Shown here: positions 1-9,347 of the stretch, one piece after another
Numbering within the stretch: the stretch's first letter is position 1
Layout: the number at the start of each line of letters is the position of its first letter
From: Pirellula sp.
GTDB lineage: Bacteria > Planctomycetota > Planctomycetia > Pirellulales > Pirellulaceae
Direction of reading: 5' to 3'
NCBI GenBank assembly: GCA_041752005.1
Contig: JBGSHV010000015.1
Location: 22,765 to 86,764 of the forward strand
DNA length: 64,000 nt
Translations under genes and position numbers: made by a program
Notes under the pieces: generated by a model
The model's input: the letters and a program-made list of their open reading frames with translations, nothing else
Databases searched by the model: none
Told to the model about the DNA's origin: nothing

Positions 1-1088
1 ATCGGCAATGTAGCGATCACCGCCCCGATGCCTTCGCCAAAGATCCTGAGAACCGATGGCTGTGGCGTGCGCAACGCAAGCGGATGGATTTTGAATCGCT
101 GCGGGACGGGCTGTTGCTGGCGACTGGCAAATTGAATCTAGCCGTAGGAGGCAAAAGTGTTTCCATCATAGAACCACCATTTGCCAATCGCCGTACGGTC
201 TATGCCTACATCGACCGACAGAACTTGCCTCAATTGTTCCGTTCCTTTGATCTCGGCTCGCCCGATGCACACGTCCCGCAGCGTTCGCAGACCACGGTGC
301 CTCAGCAAGGTCTGGTATTACTTAATAGCGACCTGCTGCTGAGTATGCTTGGGGACATCGCAACCCAAGCCAGCCAAAAAACGCGCGATGAAGGGATTGA
401 TTTGCTGTTCCATCAGATCCTAGCCCGAGACTGCACGCCCTCTGAAAGGGAATGGATGTATGAAGTGCTCGATGCACACGAAGTGTCTCTGCCGGACGTG
501 CCACAGAATCAATGGAGTTATGGGACCGCTACTTTCGATCCAGAGTCCGGCACGATCGACGTGTTTGAACGGTTGCCGCGCTACCATGCCGAGCGTTGGC
601 AAGGCAAAGGTGACTCACTGCCCGATGCCGATCTCGATTGGGCGTTTTTGAATGCTGCAGGCGGCCATCCCGGCACACGGCTAGATCAAGTCGCGGTGCG
701 GAGGTGGACGGCCTTTGCACCTGCCAAGGTCCGGGTTCGTGGGACGCTCAAGCATCCCAGTGAGGATGGCAACGGTGTGCGGGCCTCGATCGTGGTGCGT
801 GGTCACGAAAAGCAAGGCGAGTGGATCGCTCAGCATTCCGATGCCGAAACACAGGTCGATGAGATCGAGGTTGCCGCAGGAGACACGATCGACTTTGTCG
901 TCGACTCCAACGGCAACGTCAATGGAGACAGCTTTGAATGGAGAGTTCGCATCGTTTCCAAGGACGACGATGGGTACCGTACGCAAAGCGAGCGGCACTT
1001 CAGTTCCGAGCAGCCAACCGCATTGACGGCTTGGGAACAGGTCACACAGGCTTTGTTGCTGACCAATGAGTTTTGTTTCATCGATTGA
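1..1088 (+). CDS. DUF1553 (PSD1-type) domain protein, C-terminal part; the 5' end lies outside the window
   Basis: The frame is open from the window edge, with no stop upstream of the first ATG at 84. The motifs ENRWLWRAQRKR, TTVPQQGLVLLNS and the terminal LLTNEFCFID resemble the conserved tail of the full-length paralogue at 54912..57416, which ends NTSEFLYID. A DUF1501 gene follows, as in the canonical planctomycete pair. Confidence 0.8.
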   Translation, partial: RQCSDHRPDAFAKDPENRWLWRAQRKRMDFESLRDGLLLATGKLNLAVGGKSVSIIEPPFANRRTVYAYIDRQNLPQLFRSFDLGSPDAHVPQRSQTTVPQQGLVLLNSDLLLSMLGDIATQASQKTRDEGIDLLFHQILARDCTPSEREWMYEVLDAHEVSLPDVPQNQWSYGTATFDPESGTIDVFERLPRYHAERWQGKGDSLPDADLDWAFLNAAGGHPGTRLDQVAVRRWTAFAPAKVRVRGTLKHPSEDGNGVRASIVVRGHEKQGEWIAQHSDAETQVDEIEVAAGDTIDFVVDSNGNVNGDSFEWRVRIVSKDDDGYRTQSERHFSSEQPTALTAWEQVTQALLLTNEFCFID

Positions 1089-1135
1089 TCAACTGCGGTT
1101 CGTTTGCAGCCCACAGCCAAGGTATGGAGTACGTT

Positions 1136-2572
1136 ATGGAATCTTCTTTCAATCCATTATCGGCCGAATGGTCGCGGCGCGCGATGTTGCAGCGGTGTGG
1201 CATGGGTTTAGGTGCCTTGGCACTGCCCGGTTTGCTTCAAGAATTGTTGGCCGGCGATACTTCCCCCAACCCAATGTTGCCCAAGCCATCGCATTTCCCG
1301 GCCAAGGCCAAGCATCTGATCCACATCTTTGCCAACGGTGGCCCGTCCCATATCGATACCTGGGATCCCAAGCCGGCCATTGAGAAATACGCTGGACAGG
1401 AACTTCCGGGTGGTGCACCTCGAACCGAACGCCCCACGGGCAATCTTTATCCATCGACCTTCAAGTTCGATCGCTATGGCGAATCGGGTCTCGAAGTCAG
1501 CGAGTTGTTCGCCAAAACCGCCAGCGCGCATGCCGATAAGCTGTGCGTGGTGCGATCCATGCATGCCGACGTCCCCAATCACGAGCCCTCGTTGCTGCTG
1601 ATGAACACCGGCGAATCGCGGCTCGTCCGGCCAAGCGTCGGATCTTGGTTGACCTACGGATTGGGAAGCGACAATCAGAATCTGCCCGCCTTTATCTCGA
1701 TGTGCCCCGGCGGATATCCCATCCAGGAATCGCAAAACTGGCAAGCAGGATTCTTGCCAGGTATTTTCCAAGGCACCTACATCGACTCCAAACACGAAAG
1801 TGTCGACAAATTGGTGGAATACGTCGTCAACCGAAAGTTGAGTCGAACGGGCCAACGGCGTGAACTCGATTTGATCCAAAAAATGAATGCCGAGCATATC
1901 CAAGCACGGCCGGCCGATCCGATGCTCGAGGCTCGCATCCAATCCATGGAACTCGCCTACCGCATGCAAGAAGAAGCCATGGATGTGTTCGACGTCTCGC
2001 GCGAACCCAAGCACATCCTCGATATGTATGGCCCTGGCGTTCAAGCGAGGCAGATGCTGATCGCGAGGCGACTGGTCCAGCGCGGTGTTCGCGTCGTGCA
2101 ACTATGGCACGGTGCCGGTCAACCATGGGACCATCACGACAAAATCTTCGAGGGTCATCGCAAACTCGCCGGAGAGAGCGACCAAGCCATCGCGGCCTTG
2201 CTGACCGATCTCGAACAACATGGGTTGCTCGACGAAACCTTGATCTTGTGGGGCGGCGAGTTCGGCAGGACGCCAACCGTAGAGATGCCCAAGAAAGGTT
2301 CCAATGACGGGACCATCAGTGGGAGAGACCACAACCATTACGGCTTTTCCGTATGGCTCGCCGGTGGTGGAGTGAAGGGCGGACAAGCCTACGGCGCTAC
2401 CGACGAATTCGGGTTCAAAGCCACCGAGAATCGAGTCCATGTCCATGATCTGCATGCCACCATGCTCCAACTCATGGGCTTCGATCACACCCAACTCACC
2501 TACCATTACGCTGGCCGAGATTTCCGATTGACCGACGTCCATGGACGGGTCATCCAAGATTGGATCGCGTGA
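1136..2572 (+). CDS. DUF1501 family protein (sulfatase-fold, Tat-signal-like N terminus)
   Basis: N terminus WSRRAMLQRCGMGLGALAL; motifs IFANGGPSHIDTWDPKP, WGGEFGRTP, GRDHN. It is a paralogue of 53389..54915. The start is ambiguous (ATG at 1073, 1124 or 1136). I chose 1136 because GGAG lies 6 nt upstream and it avoids overlap with the preceding gene. Confidence 0.9.
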   Translation: MESSFNPLSAEWSRRAMLQRCGMGLGALALPGLLQELLAGDTSPNPMLPKPSHFPAKAKHLIHIFANGGPSHIDTWDPKPAIEKYAGQELPGGAPRTERPTGNLYPSTFKFDRYGESGLEVSELFAKTASAHADKLCVVRSMHADVPNHEPSLLLMNTGESRLVRPSVGSWLTYGLGSDNQNLPAFISMCPGGYPIQESQNWQAGFLPGIFQGTYIDSKHESVDKLVEYVVNRKLSRTGQRRELDLIQKMNAEHIQARPADPMLEARIQSMELAYRMQEEAMDVFDVSREPKHILDMYGPGVQARQMLIARRLVQRGVRVVQLWHGAGQPWDHHDKIFEGHRKLAGESDQAIAALLTDLEQHGLLDETLILWGGEFGRTPTVEMPKKGSNDGTISGRDHNHYGFSVWLAGGGVKGGQAYGATDEFGFKATENRVHVHDLHATMLQLMGFDHTQLTYHYAGRDFRLTDVHGRVIQDWIA

Positions 2573-2784
2573 CGCAAGCTCGCACCAAGTAATTGCTAGC
2601 ATCGCGAGCTCGAGATGCAAAGAAAAAACGAAAAAATGCTTCATGACAAGCTGCTGTTTGGGTATACTCCGCGAGCGATGCAAGGAGTGATTTGTTTAGG
2701 GACATCGGTACGGGAATGCCGAGGGACAATCACTAGCATCGGCTGTTGAATACGTCGCTGAGAGTGCGACGAGAGGAGAATCGA

Positions 2785-3048
2785 ATGACTCGTATTCCAA
2801 TGAGTCGGGCGGATGAACAAGCCCGAGAGCTTAAGGAAAAGTTAGATTTGAGCACGGCCGAAATCGGCCTTCAGGTTCGGACCACCAATTGCCTCGAGGA
2901 ACGAGGCATCTTCAATGTTCGTCAGTTGCTCGAAGCCAATCCAGAAACGCTTCTCAGCATCGCTAACTTTGGTGAAAAGACGCTTGAGGAAGTTTATCAA
3001 GCTCTCGAACGGATCGGCTACTATCGAACGTGGCGCAAACCGCGTTAA
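2785..3048 (+). CDS. Stand-alone RNA polymerase alpha-subunit C-terminal-domain-like (helix-hairpin-helix) protein
   Basis: LQVRTTNCLEERGIFNVRQLLEANPETLLSIANFGEKTLEEVYQALERIG matches the alpha-CTD pattern (SVRxxNCL...v.dL....e.L...nfGkKSl.Ei). GAGGAG lies 6 nt upstream of ATG 2785. The ORF track starts it at TTG 2746. Confidence 0.7.
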   Translation: MTRIPMSRADEQARELKEKLDLSTAEIGLQVRTTNCLEERGIFNVRQLLEANPETLLSIANFGEKTLEEVYQALERIGYYRTWRKPR

Positions 3049-3213
3049 AAACACGACGCTTGCATCGACGGATTCGATCGCGTTCCAATTCGATTACAAT
3101 AGGCCCAAGGTGTGCGAACGTTCAAAGCACCCTGAACCTCTCTGATAGCTCGGGCCTATTGCGAGCCGGCATGTCGCCAGCACGCGGATCCTCTTCATCC
3201 GGTCGGACGTAAA

Positions 3214-5061
3214 ATGACTTGTTCCAGGTGGACTGGAAGTGTTACTCAAGGGCGTAAACCTGCTTTGGTGAACTCCTGGCAGGCCGTGCTGCTCTGCGTC
3301 TGCATATGCCTTATGCCATCGTTGACAAGCCTCGCCGATGATTTAGGCAGCCTCTTGACCAGCGCCGGTGGGCCAGCCAATAGTTCGTCCGAAGCGGCAC
3401 GGTTACTTCAGGCGGATGGATTGCACATGATCGATACCTGGCAGCCGATTGGCCGCCAGCGATTTTTGGTTCCTGAGTCGGGCGCCCAGGCCAAAACCAA
3501 TCGCCAGCTGCTTGGCCGGTTGCTCGACCAAAGCCAAGCCAGGCAGCAGTTCCAAGAAATCATCCAACGGAAAATCGATCAAGCCATGGAAGCCATGGCA
3601 AATACAGCTAGAACGGGGGATCAAGCTGCGGCGTACCGCTGGCGTTGGCGGGCCGAAGGTCTACGATCTTTGCTCAGTCCGCCTTCGAAAACCGATTCGA
3701 TTTGGCAGCAATCACAAGCATGGGATACGCAGCAAGTCGCACGCTCCAACTCCCCGCATTCAGTGGTCCAATGGAGTGCAGGTGGCTACTCGATTACGAG
3801 AACCCCTAATTTTTCGATTGCATCCCAAGCCGGGGAGCGGCCGACCGCCGAAATGGCGACCCGATGCGAATTGGCCTTTGCACTTTGGAAGCAATTGTTC
3901 TTCGAATTCTGGGCGTATGAACAAACCGTTGCGCCGGAGTTTGCTGAACCTGCCCACGAGCCTTTTCACATCGTGTTGTTCCGCAACCGCGAGGGGTACA
4001 CGAAAGCACTCAAGGGGATCGAAACCAAGATTTCCCTTTCGACCGGCTATTACAACCCGCACAATCGCACTGCATTCTTTTACTGGGATGGTTCGAAGAG
4101 TATGGCCACACTGGTGCATGAATTGACGCATCAGTTCTTCAACGAAGCTGGCCGGGAACCACCGAGTTTCGACAGCGATCATGACCCAGGATTTTGGGTG
4201 ATCGAAGGGGTGGCCCTGTACATGGAATCCCTGTCGATTCGCGAGGTGGGTGGAATGCAAGTGATCGACATCGGCGGTTGGGATTCCCCGCGACTGCAGG
4301 CGGGCCGCTATCGAAGGCTGCATGATGAGTATTGGATCCCTTGGGAGGAATTCCAGACTGCCGATGGGCAGAGATTCCGCACAGTCGAAGAACTCCCCGC
4401 GTGGTACAGCCAGGCGTGTGGGCTCTCCCATCGTTGGCTCGACGGCTCGCCCGAGGATGCGTCCACGTTTACTAAGTATCTTCGCGCCGTATACGCGGGT
4501 CGAGGTAATCAAGCCGCGCGTGAGCTGGTTTCGGAAGACGATGCGCTTCGATCTGACTACGACCAATTCTTGCTCTCGCCTACCAATCCGAGACCGTACT
4601 TTAGCAATCGCAATGAGGTCGTGCTGTCGCGGTGTGATGTCCATAGTCGTGACCTCCTTACCTGGCCCGTCGGCTATCGCAAGATGGCTTGGCTCGATTT
4701 GTCGCACACCCGCGTCGATGATGGTTGGTTGGTGGATGCAACGGAGCCTGCCTGGGATGTGATGCGACTAAATTTGGAATCGACTCAGACAACCGATGCG
4801 GCGTTGCCTTTGATTGCACGTATGGAATCGCTGACGGAGTTGGATTTGACTCATTGCAAAATCACCGATACCGGATTGGCCACATTGCGAGGCCACCAGC
4901 ACTTACGTCAATTGTGGCTGGTGGGAACCGCAATAACCGATGCTGCACTCCCCATTCTCGAGACAATGCCACGACTCGAGCGCGTGGTGATCGATGGCAC
5001 CCAGGTCTCCGACGGCGCCTGGAAGGCGATGCTCGGCAAACGTCCGCAATGGCGGCGATAA
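3214..5061 (+). CDS. Secreted DUF1570-like putative zinc metallopeptidase (HEXXH) with C-terminal leucine-rich repeats
   Basis: Hydrophobic N-terminal signal (WQAVLLCVCICLMPSLTSLA). VHELTHQFF contains HELTH (HEXXH), embedded in YYNPHNRTAFFYWDG...WVIEGVALYME, which is typical of DUF1570. The C-terminal ~130 aa are LRR-like (LDLSHTRVDDGWL, LTELDLTHCKITDTGLATL, LRQLWLVGTAITDAALPIL, LERVVIDGTQVSD). Confidence 0.75.
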   Translation: MTCSRWTGSVTQGRKPALVNSWQAVLLCVCICLMPSLTSLADDLGSLLTSAGGPANSSSEAARLLQADGLHMIDTWQPIGRQRFLVPESGAQAKTNRQLLGRLLDQSQARQQFQEIIQRKIDQAMEAMANTARTGDQAAAYRWRWRAEGLRSLLSPPSKTDSIWQQSQAWDTQQVARSNSPHSVVQWSAGGYSITRTPNFSIASQAGERPTAEMATRCELAFALWKQLFFEFWAYEQTVAPEFAEPAHEPFHIVLFRNREGYTKALKGIETKISLSTGYYNPHNRTAFFYWDGSKSMATLVHELTHQFFNEAGREPPSFDSDHDPGFWVIEGVALYMESLSIREVGGMQVIDIGGWDSPRLQAGRYRRLHDEYWIPWEEFQTADGQRFRTVEELPAWYSQACGLSHRWLDGSPEDASTFTKYLRAVYAGRGNQAARELVSEDDALRSDYDQFLLSPTNPRPYFSNRNEVVLSRCDVHSRDLLTWPVGYRKMAWLDLSHTRVDDGWLVDATEPAWDVMRLNLESTQTTDAALPLIARMESLTELDLTHCKITDTGLATLRGHQHLRQLWLVGTAITDAALPILETMPRLERVVIDGTQVSDGAWKAMLGKRPQWRR

Positions 5062-5371
5062 ACAAACGCCATGCACAACCTGCGACCAATCATAGAATCG
5101 TAATCGATTGCCATCATGCTTACCGCTCATTTGGCGGCTGTGATCGGAGAGCATGGCGACTCCAAAGTTCTTACTCGGTCTCTGGCGACGGTAAGTGGGA
5201 TGAAACTCAATGAATTTGCACCATTACGAAAACTCGACTGTCTCGATGAAGTGCTGGGGACTTTAACGGCAGGGTGCGCATTGCAGCTAATTCGATTATT
5301 GCAAGAAAAGTTCATCAGACGTTGACGCTATCGCATCAACTAAAACGAATCAATTAAAAGGAAAGTCAATC

Positions 5372-7831
5372 TTGTCAACTACCAACCGAAAAATGCAGCA
5401 GGATGTTCAGAATAGCGATAGGAATGCAGGGACTCCCCTAGACGCACAGGAGCTCCGCCGCATGGATGCGTATTGGAGGGCCTCCAACTACTTGTCGGTC
5501 GGACAGATTTATCTTCTCGACAATCCACTCCTGCGCCAACCGTTGGAACGTGCGTCCATCAAACCTCGACTGCTGGGACACTGGGGGACTTGCCCGGGAT
5601 TGAACATGCTCTGTGTTCACTTAAATCGCGTCATTAAGCGCGACGACCTCAACATGATCTACATTATCGGACCGGGTCATGGCGGACCATCCTTGGTAGC
5701 GCATGCGTACCTGGAAGGTACATATAGCGAGCGCTATCCGAATATCAGTCAAGACGCCGAAGGAATGCAAAAATTGTTCAAGCAATTCAGTTTTCCAGGC
5801 GGCATCCCAAGCCATGTTTCGCCCGAGACGCCCGGGAGTATTCACGAAGGAGGGGAGCTCGGATATGCGCTCAGCCATGCCTACGGTGCCGCATTCGATA
5901 ACCCGGACTTGATCATAGCCTGTATTGTCGGTGACGGAGAAGCAGAAACGGGAGCGCTCGCGACCGGCTGGCACGGCAACAAGTTTCTCAACCCCGCTCG
6001 CGATGGCTGTGTGCTGCCAATTTTGCACTTGAACGGCTACAAGATCGCTAATCCTTGCTTCCTGGCTCGGATTCCTCATGACGAGTTGAAGAAGTACTTC
6101 GAAGGAATGGGATACCATCCGCTGTTTGTCGAAGGTCACGAGCCGGAATCCGTTCACCAACAATTGGCAAGTGCCCTCGATACGGCACTAGCAGAAATCA
6201 AGAAGATTTGGGCCGATGCTCGATCGGGTGGCGCAGCCACTCGACCTGCCTGGCCAATGATTGTGTTTCGAACACCCAAGGGTTGGACCTGCCCACCAGA
6301 AATCGATGGCAAGAAGTGTGAAGGCTATTGGCGAAGCCACCAAGTCCCGATGGGAGACATGGACAAGGTAGAGCACATTCGCATTCTTGAGGAATGGATG
6401 AAGAGTTATCGGCCGGAGGAACTCTTCGATGAGAACGGTCGACTGGTTCAGGAACTTGCAGAACTAGCGCCCCAAGGGCAGCGTCGAATGAGTGACAATC
6501 CGCATGCCAACGGCGGACTATTGCTTCGCGACTTGAAGTTACCTGATTTTCGCGACTATCAAGTCGATGTTCCAAGTCCTGGCGCAACGATTGCCGAGTC
6601 CGCGCGCGTGATGGGTATGTACCTTCGCGACGTAATGAAGCGCAACCTTGAGAGCAGCAACTTTCGGCTGTTCAGTCCAGATGAAAACAATTCAAACCGT
6701 TGGCAAGACGTGTTGGAAGTAACCAACCGATGCTTCATGGCAGAAATCTATCCGGAAGACGATCATCTTTCCACCGACGGTCGTGTGATGGAAGTCCTGA
6801 GCGAACATCAGTGCCAGGGCTGGCTCGAAGGTTATCTACTCACCGGCCGACACGGATTTTTTTCATGCTATGAGGCATTCATTCACATCATCGACTCGAT
6901 GTTCAATCAGCATGCCAAATGGCTGAAAACCTGCAACCATATTCCGTGGCGACGACCCGTAGCATCGCTGAACTATCTTCTAAGTTCGCACGTTTGGCGA
7001 CAGGACCATAATGGACTGAGTCACCAGGACCCGGGCTTCATTGACCATGTGGTCAACAAAAAGGCGGAAGTGATTCGCGTTTACCTACCGCCGGATGCGA
7101 ACTGTCTGCTGTCGGTTACCGATCATTGCCTTCGTAGCCGTAATTATGTCAATGTAGTCATCGCAGGTAAGCAGCCTGAACCCCAATGGCTAACGATGGA
7201 TCAAGCGATCAAGCATTGCACAGCCGGCTTAGGGATTTGGGAATGGGCAAGCAATGACCACGATTGTGAGCCGGATGTAGTCATGGCATGCTGCGGTGAT
7301 GTCCCAACTTTGGAAACTCTAGCGGCCGTCGAATTGCTTCGCAAACATCTACCCGAGTTGAAAGTTCGGGTGATCAACATTGTGAATCTTATGAAATTGC
7401 AACCGCAAAAGGAACATCCGCATGGGCTGTCCGATCCTGATTTCGACGCACTTTTCACCACCAACAAACCCATCATCTTTGCCTTTCATGGCTATCCGTG
7501 GTTAATCCATCGCCTGACCTATCGGCGAACGAATCACAAGAATTTGCATGTTCGCGGTTTTAAAGAGGAAGGCACGACGACGACACCGTTTAATATGGTC
7601 GTCATGAACGAGATCGATCGATTCCACCTTTGTGAGGACGTCATCGATCGCCTGCCTCAATTGGGTGCGCGGGCCGCCTACTTTAAGCAATTGATCCATA
7701 ACAAATTGATCGATCACCGTCAGTACATCGAGAAGTACGGCGACGACATGCCTGAAATCACAGGTTGGACATGGGGGCAGCAAGAGGCAGCAGGACAATT
7801 CGGAACGACGACCGAAGGGGACAATGTGTGA
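5372..7831 (+). CDS. xfp: Phosphoketolase (xylulose-5-phosphate/fructose-6-phosphate phosphoketolase)
   Basis: 819 aa. [51 protein letters not shown] and VGDGEAETG are hallmark phosphoketolase/TPP motifs along the whole length. Start is TTG 5372 (AGGA ~9 nt upstream) or ATG 5393. Confidence 0.95.
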   Translation: MSTTNRKMQQDVQNSDRNAGTPLDAQELRRMDAYWRASNYLSVGQIYLLDNPLLRQPLERASIKPRLLGHWGTCPGLNMLCVHLNRVIKRDDLNMIYIIGPGHGGPSLVAHAYLEGTYSERYPNISQDAEGMQKLFKQFSFPGGIPSHVSPETPGSIHEGGELGYALSHAYGAAFDNPDLIIACIVGDGEAETGALATGWHGNKFLNPARDGCVLPILHLNGYKIANPCFLARIPHDELKKYFEGMGYHPLFVEGHEPESVHQQLASALDTALAEIKKIWADARSGGAATRPAWPMIVFRTPKGWTCPPEIDGKKCEGYWRSHQVPMGDMDKVEHIRILEEWMKSYRPEELFDENGRLVQELAELAPQGQRRMSDNPHANGGLLLRDLKLPDFRDYQVDVPSPGATIAESARVMGMYLRDVMKRNLESSNFRLFSPDENNSNRWQDVLEVTNRCFMAEIYPEDDHLSTDGRVMEVLSEHQCQGWLEGYLLTGRHGFFSCYEAFIHIIDSMFNQHAKWLKTCNHIPWRRPVASLNYLLSSHVWRQDHNGLSHQDPGFIDHVVNKKAEVIRVYLPPDANCLLSVTDHCLRSRNYVNVVIAGKQPEPQWLTMDQAIKHCTAGLGIWEWASNDHDCEPDVVMACCGDVPTLETLAAVELLRKHLPELKVRVINIVNLMKLQPQKEHPHGLSDPDFDALFTTNKPIIFAFHGYPWLIHRLTYRRTNHKNLHVRGFKEEGTTTTPFNMVVMNEIDRFHLCEDVIDRLPQLGARAAYFKQLIHNKLIDHRQYIEKYGDDMPEITGWTWGQQEAAGQFGTTTEGDNV

Positions 7832-7870
7832 ATGAACCCTCGACGCCATCCGTTGTTCGGAACGCGGACT

Positions 7871-8803
7871 CTAAGGGAAAATGTCCCAGTGCGCTATCCC
7901 CTTTTCGCATCGCCATCGACCATCGGGCATCGAACGCACAATCACTCTCAAGAACCCGCGCGTATCGAGGAGTCCTGCGCGGTGGGAGCCATCCTCGAGT
8001 GGATGGCCCAGTGTTGCATTACCCTCCACAGATTCGATGAAGTCATCGACACTCAATTTTTGTCCGTCGAGGAAGCGACGCATGATCGCGTCGCTAACCG
8101 TCCATTGAGGCAAGTGTGCGATGCCGTGCGTAGCGGGGAGTAGCACGTGTTCGGGAACGCCAGGCTCAAGCGATTTGAGTGTCACGGAATCTTCAATGGC
8201 AAAGGGACCTACGCGGGTCCGCAAGAGGTCGGTCATGATGGCAGAGGTCCCAAGGGATCGGGCGATGTCATTGCCCAACGTGCGAATGTAGGTACCGGTG
8301 CTACAGCTTATTCTCAGCGCGAAGTCGGGTAGCGCAAGTTCGAGCAGTTCGATGCCGTGAACATGAACCTCCCGTGGAGGGATCGCAACGGCGAGGCCGC
8401 TACGCGCGACTTCGTGCGCTCGACGACCATCGACTCGAATGGCGGAGTAGGCTGGCGGGGTTTGCGCTATGCGGCCGAGGAAGTTCTTGAGTACGTTTTG
8501 GATCCGCTGGCCATCGATGCCTGAGGGGATCGGAACCTCACGACCTTCGGTTTCGCAATCGAGCGATGGACTTTCGACCCCGAGTCGGAAGCGCGCCACG
8601 TACTCCTTGTCATGATGATGCACATCGTCCATCAATCGAACGGCAGGACCAATCAAAAGAACGAGTACGCCGCTGGCCAGTGGATCCAAGGTCCCGGCGT
8701 GCGCTACCTTGTCCTCGGGTAATCGTCGCGCGATGCGGTTGACGCAGTCGCGACTGGTGGGTCCGACCGGCTTGTGTAGATTGATGATGCCGTAGTTGAC
8801 CAA
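7871..8803 (-). CDS. truB: tRNA pseudouridine(55) synthase TruB
   Basis: GIINLHKPVGPTSRD, HAGTLDPLASGVLVLLIG (catalytic Asp motif), GTYIRTL. TTG start. Confidence 0.93.
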   Translation of the reverse strand: MVNYGIINLHKPVGPTSRDCVNRIARRLPEDKVAHAGTLDPLASGVLVLLIGPAVRLMDDVHHHDKEYVARFRLGVESPSLDCETEGREVPIPSGIDGQRIQNVLKNFLGRIAQTPPAYSAIRVDGRRAHEVARSGLAVAIPPREVHVHGIELLELALPDFALRISCSTGTYIRTLGNDIARSLGTSAIMTDLLRTRVGPFAIEDSVTLKSLEPGVPEHVLLPATHGIAHLPQWTVSDAIMRRFLDGQKLSVDDFIESVEGNATLGHPLEDGSHRAGLLDTRGFLRVIVRSMPDGRWRCEKGIAHWDIFP

Positions 8804-8807
8804 AGGG

Positions 8808-9155
8808 CTACCAATTGACTTCCACGGGTGCGCCGACGCGTACGCCCAGCATCATCGAAGCCGAGTCCTCCACCAAATGCAAACGCATGGAATCCCCGGG
8901 AGCAAGAATCGCCACTAGGGTCATCGGCGGCTGCTGATGGTTGGGTTCAAAGATCCCAAACGTCTCGTGCTCTTGATCGACCACGACCTTGGTTTCAGAA
9001 CCGCGAGCGACGCCGTTCAATTGCTCGGCATTCAAATCGGTAATGAGATCCCCCTCGGAGGTGATCTCGATAACTTTTCCAACAATACGTCCGGCCACGA
9101 ATGGTTTTCCTGGTAGGTGAAATGTAGGACGGTCCACACGGGCGTTGACGTGCAT
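8808..9155 (-). CDS. Small protein resembling only the C-terminal beta-barrel domain of SAM hydrolase / SAM hydroxide adenosyltransferase (DUF62) proteins
   Basis: GKVIEITSEGDLITDL....VVVDQ...LVAILAPGDSMRLHLVEDSASMMLGVRVGAPVEV follows the G.V..iD.FGNliTNi ... lval.gS.g.lEia...gsAa..lgv..Gd.V pattern. ATG 9155 has GGAG 4 nt upstream. The ORF-track extension to 9347 is Arg/Trp/Cys-rich and not protein-like. The stop is 4 nt from the truB start. Confidence 0.5.
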   Translation of the reverse strand: MHVNARVDRPTFHLPGKPFVAGRIVGKVIEITSEGDLITDLNAEQLNGVARGSETKVVVDQEHETFGIFEPNHQQPPMTLVAILAPGDSMRLHLVEDSASMMLGVRVGAPVEVNW

Positions 9156-9347
9156 CAAACTCCGCCTTGAGTTTAACCATTTCCGTCCGCCATTGTTTCG
9201 CGGTTTTTGGACTTCGCCACCCCTATAAGCTACGGTCATCCAATTTTCTTGCGCGAGCCCGCCAGGATGGACTTCGGAGCAAGCCCGGGGCGACCGCAAT
9301 CGCCATGATCGGTCCGTGAATACGTGAAGATTTCCACACATTCGCAC

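Noticed and set aside
1208-2101. 297-aa minus-strand ORF
   Set aside because: It is antisense to the DUF1501 gene and has no recognisable motif. The same reasoning applies to 1827..2276 and 2102..2683.
3760-4707. 315-aa minus-strand ORF
   Set aside because: It is antisense to the DUF1570/LRR gene, which has a signal peptide, HEXXH and LRRs in a single consistent frame.
5116-5325. 69-aa ORF in the 310-nt gap upstream of the phosphoketolase gene
   Set aside because: It has no Shine-Dalgarno sequence and no motif, and its length is within the range of random ORFs here. It could be real, but I cannot support it.
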